A stretch of DNA of 64,000 bases from an uncultured Pseudomonadota bacterium (GTDB lineage: Bacteria > Pseudomonadota > Alphaproteobacteria > JACZXZ01). The notes beneath the pieces are model-generated. The model made no database searches, was not told where the DNA came from, and was given only the letters and a program-made list of their open reading frames with translations. Each line of letters starts with the position of its first letter. Position 1 is the first letter of the stretch. This document shows, one piece after another, positions 58,263-64,000 of this stretch. The stretch spans positions 160,001-224,000 of the forward strand of contig CAVVLJ010000004.1 in the NCBI GenBank assembly GCA_963749075.1, read 5' to 3'. The position numbers were made by a program, and so were the translations under genes.

Positions 58263-60395
58263 TCACGCCGGCGGACGCTCCATCCCGAGCGCTTCCATGA
58301 GCGGCCCGAGGTGCTTGGCGTAGCTGCGCCAGCGTCCGACCGAGGAGGCGTAGATCGGCTGGCGCACCTGCCAGAGGCTCGCCGTGCGCACCAGTCGCTC
58401 GCTCTCGTAGAAGGCGAGGCAGCGCTCGTCCCAGGGGAGGCCTGCTGCGGCGACGAGCCTGCGGCTCCAGGCCTCCTGCTCGGCGACGAGGGCCTCGTAA
58501 GGCACCTCGAGCATGGCGGACGGCAGCACCGCATTCCAGTGCGCCATCAGCCGCTCGTAGTCGCGGTAATAGCGGCCGAGGTGCCCGAGGTCGGAGGTGA
58601 ACGGCTGGCCGTGGGCGAACTCCTGGCAATAGCAGGAAAGACAAGTGTCGAGCGCATCGCGCACGCAATGGACGATGCGCGCTTGCGGAAAGAGGAGGGC
58701 GATCAGCCCGAGGCGCGCGAAATTGTTGGGCAGCTTGTCGGTGATGCGCGCCGCCTCGGGCGCACGCGAGGCGAGGCGGACTATCGCCTCCTCGGCGAGC
58801 GTGCGGATCGCCGCCGCATCGAGCCCGCGCACGCATTCCGGATAGACCGCCTTGCCGCCGAGCAGATTGGGCAGGCCGTGCACGATCTGGCGCATGTCGT
58901 CGAGCTCGCCCGCGCCGAAGACCTGCGGGTGGCTCGCCAGGATCTGCTCGACGAGCGTGGTGCCGGAGCGCGGCATGCCGACGATGAAGATCGGAAGCTC
59001 GGAGGCGCTGCCGAAGCCGGCCCTCTCCGCGAAGAATGCGGCGTCGAAGACCGCGATGAGGCGGTCGACGTAGGCAGTGAACTCCTCCGGCCGATAGGCC
59101 TGCTTCGACTTCTTGAGGTCGTTCGCGGTCTTGTAGGCGAGAAAGGCCGCGTCATAGTCGGCGAGGTTCTCGAGGACCTTGGCGCGCGCGAATTCGAGCG
59201 AGCTCCGCTGCTCTTGCGAGAGCGCCGGAAGCGCCAGCACGCGCTCGATCGCGCGCAAGCGCTCCACGCCGGATCCCGCCTTGCGGTCCGTCACCAGGTG
59301 ATAATGCGCGCTCGCATGGCCGGGCTCGAGTGCTAACGCCTTCTCGTGCCAGCCGACGGCCTCCTCGAAGCGTCCTTGCAGCTGATAGGAGAGCCCCATG
59401 TTGAAGTGCGCATCGGCAGAGCCGGGTGCCAAAGCGAGTGCTGCCTCGAAGCGCTGCCGCGCCGCCGCGAAATCGCCCGCTTCGAGATGGGCCAATCCGA
59501 CACCGATGAGCGCCTCGGGCCGCGCGGGCGCGAGCGTCAGCACCCGCTCGTAGGCCGCGATCGCCTCAGCTTTGCGGTGAAGCAGGCGCAGCGCCCGGCC
59601 GAGTTCGAGATGCGCGTTCGCCATCTCAGGTGCTAACCGCACCGCCTCGGCGAGCGCCAGTGCCGCGTCGTCGTAGCGCTCGAGCCCCGCCAGCACGCAG
59701 CCGATCTGGTAGTGCGCCTCGGCGATGCGGGGTGCGAGCGCTATGGCGCGGCCGAGCGCCCGATAGGCCTCGCGCAGCTCGCCCGCGAAGCGCAATGCAA
59801 TGCCGAGGTTGAGATGGAGCTCGGCGCTATCGGGCTTGAGGCGGAGGGCGGCCTCGTAGTGCCCGATCGCCTCCTTGCCGCGGCCGAGCTCGAAGAGTGC
59901 GATGCCGAGATTGAGGCGCGCATCGGCATCGTTCGCGTCGAGCCGCACGGCGGTGCCGAGCTCCTCCGCCGCCTCGGCATAGCGTCTCATGTCGAGGAGT
60001 GCCGTGCCCAGGCCGAAGCGCGCGTTCGCCATGTCGGGACGCATGGCGAGCGCCTCCCGGTGGCAGCGCACGGCGTCCTCGAGCCGCCCGAGCGCGCGGT
60101 AGGCCTCGCCGAGATTGCTGCGGTAGCTCGCCGTCCCGCCGTCGAGCGCCACCGCCTTCTCGAGGAGCGGGATCGCCGCCTCGTTGTCGCCCATCTGGTG
60201 GGAGACGAGGCCGAGGAGATGGGTGGCGTCCGCATCGCCGGGCTCGAGGACGAGCGCCTGGCGGTAGAGCGCCGACGCCTCGGAAAGCCGCCCCATCCGA
60301 TGAAGCCGCGTGGCCTGGGCGACGAGGGCGCGCGCATCGGGCGCAGCACCGCGCGCCGTCTCCCTCGCCGTGCGTCCACGCTCCTTGCGGCCCAC
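58263..60395 (-). CDS. TPR repeat + sulfotransferase domain protein (paralogue)
   Basis: TPRs; GMPRSGTTL, DKLPNNF, RD.LDTCLS, TAS.WQVRQPIY; GTG start chosen because the longer ORF runs through a repeat. Confidence 0.88.
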   Translation of the reverse strand: MGRKERGRTARETARGAAPDARALVAQATRLHRMGRLSEASALYRQALVLEPGDADATHLLGLVSHQMGDNEAAIPLLEKAVALDGGTASYRSNLGEAYRALGRLEDAVRCHREALAMRPDMANARFGLGTALLDMRRYAEAAEELGTAVRLDANDADARLNLGIALFELGRGKEAIGHYEAALRLKPDSAELHLNLGIALRFAGELREAYRALGRAIALAPRIAEAHYQIGCVLAGLERYDDAALALAEAVRLAPEMANAHLELGRALRLLHRKAEAIAAYERVLTLAPARPEALIGVGLAHLEAGDFAAARQRFEAALALAPGSADAHFNMGLSYQLQGRFEEAVGWHEKALALEPGHASAHYHLVTDRKAGSGVERLRAIERVLALPALSQEQRSSLEFARAKVLENLADYDAAFLAYKTANDLKKSKQAYRPEEFTAYVDRLIAVFDAAFFAERAGFGSASELPIFIVGMPRSGTTLVEQILASHPQVFGAGELDDMRQIVHGLPNLLGGKAVYPECVRGLDAAAIRTLAEEAIVRLASRAPEAARITDKLPNNFARLGLIALLFPQARIVHCVRDALDTCLSCYCQEFAHGQPFTSDLGHLGRYYRDYERLMAHWNAVLPSAMLEVPYEALVAEQEAWSRRLVAAAGLPWDERCLAFYESERLVRTASLWQVRQPIYASSVGRWRSYAKHLGPLMEALGMERPPA

Positions 60396-60495
60396 GCTCC
60401 GCGCTCCCTTGGCAGCCACTGCCGTCGGCCGGGAGCATAGGGCCAAAGGCCGCGACTGCCAACACGAGCGCCGATTACCCCAGCGCAATCGCCTC

Positions 60496-60635
60496 TGGCC
60501 GCCTCGCCCTTCGAGACGCGCGCTTTGCGCGCTCCTCAGGGTGAGGCGGCCCCAGCCTTGGAGGATTTCCTCATCCTGAGGAGGGCCGAAGGCCCGTCTC
60601 GAAGGATGAGGAAATCTGCTCGGCGCCAAATGCGA
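60496..60635. repeat. About 140-bp dispersed palindromic repeat, copy 2
   Basis: Same orientation and nearly the same sequence as 56368-56508. Confidence 0.88.
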
Positions 60636-60643
60636 TCGCTTTA

Positions 60644-62728
60644 TTATTTCCCCTCGCGGCGCCAGGCGAAGGCGAGGGTGCCGAGCGCTGCCAGCAGCAC
60701 GAGGAGGGCGGGCAAGAGCGGCGCCTGGCGCACGCCGCTCACCACGTAATCGCCGTTCTCCTTGAAGGCGATCCAGGCTCCGGCGGCGCCGCCGCCGGCA
60801 TATTCGCGGCTCGGCCGGAGCTGGCGCAGCTCGGGCACGCCGCCTTGCGAGAGCCAGCGGATGCTGCCGCCGGTCGCCTCTGCCGCGGGTTTGAGCTTCT
60901 CGTCCGTCGAGCGCACGTCCTGGAACTCGACGGGGTTGAGCGGCCCGACCGCGGCGAGTGCGGTATGGCTGCCGTCGCCGATGCGGTAGAGCCCGAGCTC
61001 GCTCGCCGCGAGCGTGCCTTCGGAGCGCCCGCCCTCGCCGGGTATCAGCGCCAGCTTGAGCGTCTTGCCCTCGGGCGTCGTTACCACGGCGGTGACGGGC
61101 TTGGGGTCGAGGCTCTGGCGCACGACCTTGATCTTGTTGCCCTCGACCTGCGCGCGCAGCGCCTCCTCCTCAAGCTCGGGCTCCTGCATGAGCCAGTGGG
61201 CGAGGCGGCGCAAGAGCTCGGATTCCGGCCCGCCGCCCTCGTAGCCGCGCGACCACAGCCACATCTGGTCGCTGGAGAGCAGCGCCACGCGGCCCTTGCC
61301 GACGCGCGAGAGCTCGAGGAGCGGGCGGCCGTCGACCCCGGTCATGAGCGTCATGCCCTCCTTGGCGCGCACGCCGATCTGGCGGAACCAGCGGCCCCAG
61401 GGATGCTTGGGATCGTCTTCGCCGGGGAGGTCGGCGGTGACCGGATGGCGCTTGCCGAGCTCGGTCACCTCGGGGCGGAAGCCGCGCTCGATGACCTGGC
61501 CCGTGGGCTCGGCCGGCATGATGGCGCCGAGCGGCGTATAGAAGATGCTGATCGGCGAGGCGAAGTCGGGACCGACGGCGGCGAGCAGCGCGCCGCCGCG
61601 GTTCACGAAATCGGCGATGTTCTGCAGGTAGTTGTTCGGCAGCTCGCCGCGCCGGCGATAGCGGTCGAAGATGATGAGGTCGAACTCGTTGAGCTTGACC
61701 TCGAAGAGCTCGTGCACCGGGAAGGTGATGAGCGAGAGCTCGCGCACCGGCGTGGCGTCGAGCTTCTCGGGCGGGCGCAGGATGGTGAAATGCACGAGGT
61801 CGACGGAGGGATCGGACTTGAGGAGATTGCGCCAGGCCCGCTCGCCGGGGTGCGGCTCGCCCGAGATGAGGAGGACGCGCAGGCGGTCGCGCACGCCGTT
61901 CATCACCACGACGGCGCGCTTGTTCTGCAAGGTGAGCGGATGCGGGCCGGGCTCGACCGAGAGCTCGAGGACGCTCTGGCCCGCGTGGTCGAGGGTGACC
62001 GGGATCTTGACGTCCTGGCCGAGCGGGATCGCGACCGTGGTCTCGTTGGCGCCGTCGCGCCGGAGCGTGAGCCGCGTCTCGCCGGCCGACGGTCCGGGCA
62101 GATCGTCGACCCGCACGGTCATGCTGAGCGGCTTGTTGACGAGGCCGTAGCTCGGCGCATCGACGACGGTCAAGCGGCGGTCCCGCTCGTTGGGCGCGCC
62201 GGTCAGCAGCACGTGGAGCGGGGCGCCGAGCCGCGCCGCCACTACGCCGCCCGGCGCGTCGTGCACCTCGCCGTCGGTGATCATGACGGCGCCCGCGAAG
62301 CGCTGGCGCGGGATCTCGCCGAGGGCGGTCTCGAGCGCCTTCCAGAGCTCGGTGCCGCTGTCGGAGAGCCCCGGGTCCTGGCCGGTCGAGCGCACCACGC
62401 GCAGCTCGAAGTGCTTGAGCGACTTGGCCGCCTCCTCGATGCGGGCGAGCGCTGCCGCGCTCTCGGCGCGCCGGTTGCCGATGCCCTGGCTCGGCGAATC
62501 GTCCACCACCACGAGGCCGATGTCGTTGAGCGGTGCGCGGTCCTCGAGCACGGCAGAGGGATTGGCGAGCGTCAGGATGAGCACGGCGAGCGCCAGGAGG
62601 CGCCAGGCGCGTCCGCGCGCGCGGCGAAAGTAAGCGAGCGCCAGCAGCACCGCCGCGGCGCCCGCGAGCGCTGCGATCGCCGGCCAGGGCAGGAGCGGCG
62701 CAAAGGCGATGGAGAGATTGCCGAGCAT
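60644..62728 (-). CDS. Conserved membrane protein (vWA-like + glutamine amidotransferase-like regions) of MoxR/DUF58/DUF4159 operons
   Basis: N- and C-terminal TMs, DDSPSQ, ITDGEVHD, LRVLLISGEPHPGER.WRNLLKSDP.VDLVHFTILRPP. Confidence 0.75.
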   Translation of the reverse strand: MLGNLSIAFAPLLPWPAIAALAGAAAVLLALAYFRRARGRAWRLLALAVLILTLANPSAVLEDRAPLNDIGLVVVDDSPSQGIGNRRAESAAALARIEEAAKSLKHFELRVVRSTGQDPGLSDSGTELWKALETALGEIPRQRFAGAVMITDGEVHDAPGGVVAARLGAPLHVLLTGAPNERDRRLTVVDAPSYGLVNKPLSMTVRVDDLPGPSAGETRLTLRRDGANETTVAIPLGQDVKIPVTLDHAGQSVLELSVEPGPHPLTLQNKRAVVVMNGVRDRLRVLLISGEPHPGERAWRNLLKSDPSVDLVHFTILRPPEKLDATPVRELSLITFPVHELFEVKLNEFDLIIFDRYRRRGELPNNYLQNIADFVNRGGALLAAVGPDFASPISIFYTPLGAIMPAEPTGQVIERGFRPEVTELGKRHPVTADLPGEDDPKHPWGRWFRQIGVRAKEGMTLMTGVDGRPLLELSRVGKGRVALLSSDQMWLWSRGYEGGGPESELLRRLAHWLMQEPELEEEALRAQVEGNKIKVVRQSLDPKPVTAVVTTPEGKTLKLALIPGEGGRSEGTLAASELGLYRIGDGSHTALAAVGPLNPVEFQDVRSTDEKLKPAAEATGGSIRWLSQGGVPELRQLRPSREYAGGGAAGAWIAFKENGDYVVSGVRQAPLLPALLVLLAALGTLAFAWRREGK

Positions 62729-62732
62729 CGCC

Positions 62733-64000
62733 TTAGAGCCCCAGGCGCTCGAGGATCGCCGGCAGATGCACCTGGTCGCCCTTGTAGTTGCCGGTGAGCG
62801 AATACATCACGAGGTTGATGCCGAAGCGGATCGCCATTTCGCGCTGGTGCTCGCCGCCCGGCACCACGGGCATCAGCGGATGGCCGCCGTCGTCGACGGC
62901 CCAGGCGCCGATCCAGTCGTTGCCGCCGATGACCACCGCCGAGACGCCGTCGTTCACCTTCTCGTCGGAGCGCTCGACCCATACGGGCGAGCCGTCGAGC
63001 CGGCCGGGGAAATCGTGCAGCAGATAGAAGGAGCGCGTCAGCACATGGTCTTCCGGCGCCTCGATGAGCGCCGGCAGATCGAGATTGCCGAGCAGTCCCT
63101 GCAGCACCCGCCAGCTCGCTGCGGAGCGGTTCGGCTCGCGCGTGTCGAACAGTATCTGGCCGCCGTTGCGCAGGTATTCGACCACTTTCTCGAGCGCCTT
63201 GGCCGTGACGGGCTGCATGTGATCCGAGATCGGCCAATAGATGAGCGGGAAGAAGGCGAGCTCGTCCCGATTGGGATCGAGCGCCACCGGTGCCGCCGCC
63301 TCGACCGCCGTGCGCGCGTTGAGCGCCAGCGAGAGGCCGATGAGCCCGGCCTTGCTGAGATCGTCGAGCGACCGGTCGCCTGTCACCATGTAGGCGAGGC
63401 GCGTCGAGGTGGTGGCGGCGATCGCGAAGGAGTCGTCGTCGGCGGCAGCGGCCTCCGCGGCATGGGCGGCCGGCACCGCCGCCGCGAGGCAGGCTAAGAG
63501 GAGTGCTGCCGTGCCGCCCGCCATGCCGCGCGCGCGGCGGCCGAGCCAGCTGCCGCGCCCGCCGAAGAGGCCGCGCAAGGCCAGGCTGATGACGAGATCG
63601 GCGAGTGCGAGGATGGTGGCGGCGCCGATCAGCCAGGGCTTGAGGTCGCGCTCGTGCTGCGCGCTGTAGACGGCGCGCGCGACGCCGGAGGGCAGCTCCG
63701 GCAGCGGGGCGATGCTACTCACCTCGCTCGTCAGGTTGAGCGCGCGCCGGCTCGCCTCCGAGCCGTAATAGCCGGGCGGATGGCGCGGCCCGATCTGCGG
63801 ATGCTCGAGATCCCCGGCGGCGATGGCGCTCGCCGCCGCCGGCGGCGTCGAGAGCTCGCCGAAGCCGTCGAGCGTCTTGAAGGGCGGCAGGCTCGCCTTC
63901 TCGCCGCCGGCCGCCACCCCGTGGCTCAGCGTCACGACGCGCTGGAGCATCTCGACGAAGAGGCCGGAGAAGGGCAGCGTCGACCAGTCCGGGTTGGCCG
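62733..64000 (-). CDS. DUF4159 domain protein, 5' part outside the window
   Basis: L.FFP.IYWP, Y...GG.I.FDTR, HVLTRSFYLL..FPGR, NDW..AWA, Y.LTGNYK.DQ. Confidence 0.8.
   Translation of the reverse strand, partial: ANPDWSTLPFSGLFVEMLQRVVTLSHGVAAGGEKASLPPFKTLDGFGELSTPPAAASAIAAGDLEHPQIGPRHPPGYYGSEASRRALNLTSEVSSIAPLPELPSGVARAVYSAQHERDLKPWLIGAATILALADLVISLALRGLFGGRGSWLGRRARGMAGGTAALLLACLAAAVPAAHAAEAAAADDDSFAIAATTSTRLAYMVTGDRSLDDLSKAGLIGLSLALNARTAVEAAAPVALDPNRDELAFFPLIYWPISDHMQPVTAKALEKVVEYLRNGGQILFDTREPNRSAASWRVLQGLLGNLDLPALIEAPEDHVLTRSFYLLHDFPGRLDGSPVWVERSDEKVNDGVSAVVIGGNDWIGAWAVDDGGHPLMPVVPGGEHQREMAIRFGINLVMYSLTGNYKGDQVHLPAILERLGL

Noticed and set aside
60396-60629. N-terminal extension of the 58263 sulfotransferase ORF
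   Set aside because: It is translated repeat sequence (the same peptide appears at 56331-56520); a GTG with an SD-like sequence at 60395 is more plausible.
14741-63000. Many long alternative-frame or antisense ORFs (e.g. 15940-18054, 20110-21648, 32868-35132, 41067-42884, 44385-47009, 60845-62797)
   Set aside because: Shadow ORFs of GC-rich genes: Arg/Ala/Pro-rich or antisense, with no motifs, and overlapping well-supported CDSs.

Overview
A GC-rich alphaproteobacterial chromosomal segment (Rhodospirillales/Hyphomicrobiales-like gene content) with about 45 protein genes. No rRNA, tRNA, CRISPR array or transposase/integrase was recognised. The backbone carries transport, metabolism and signalling genes: a D-amino acid oxidoreductase, an RlmA-like methyltransferase, an EndoQ-UvrD fusion, a form II CoxL-like subunit, DapA, a NitT/TauT ABC system with TauD, a FixL-like kinase, Kup, MscS and a DUF4159 operon end. 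Visibly lower-GC accessory patches interrupt it. (i) 3.25-14.77 kb holds small secreted proteins, tandem ABC substrate-binding paralogues, a hybrid kinase whose phospho-His is Tyr, and an HD-GYP regulator. It is punctuated by four copies of a fixed-spacing tripartite element (TGGCAC / +37 YCYGSAGYT-like / +91 TGACCC-N4-CGGACA) that looks like a cassette or recombination site. (ii) 18.3-19.5 kb is a pair of orphan membrane genes. (iii) 23.8-27.8 kb is a single-chain restriction-modification gene. (iv) 36.1-37.1 kb is a divergently arranged HicB/HicA pair. The 50-60 kb region is a TPR-sulfotransferase/TPR-methyltransferase/porin cluster studded with three families of palindromic repeats, one next to a small GIY-YIG nuclease. 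Several single-base frameshifts suggest indel errors in the assembly. All family calls come from motif recognition by eye; no database searches were run.
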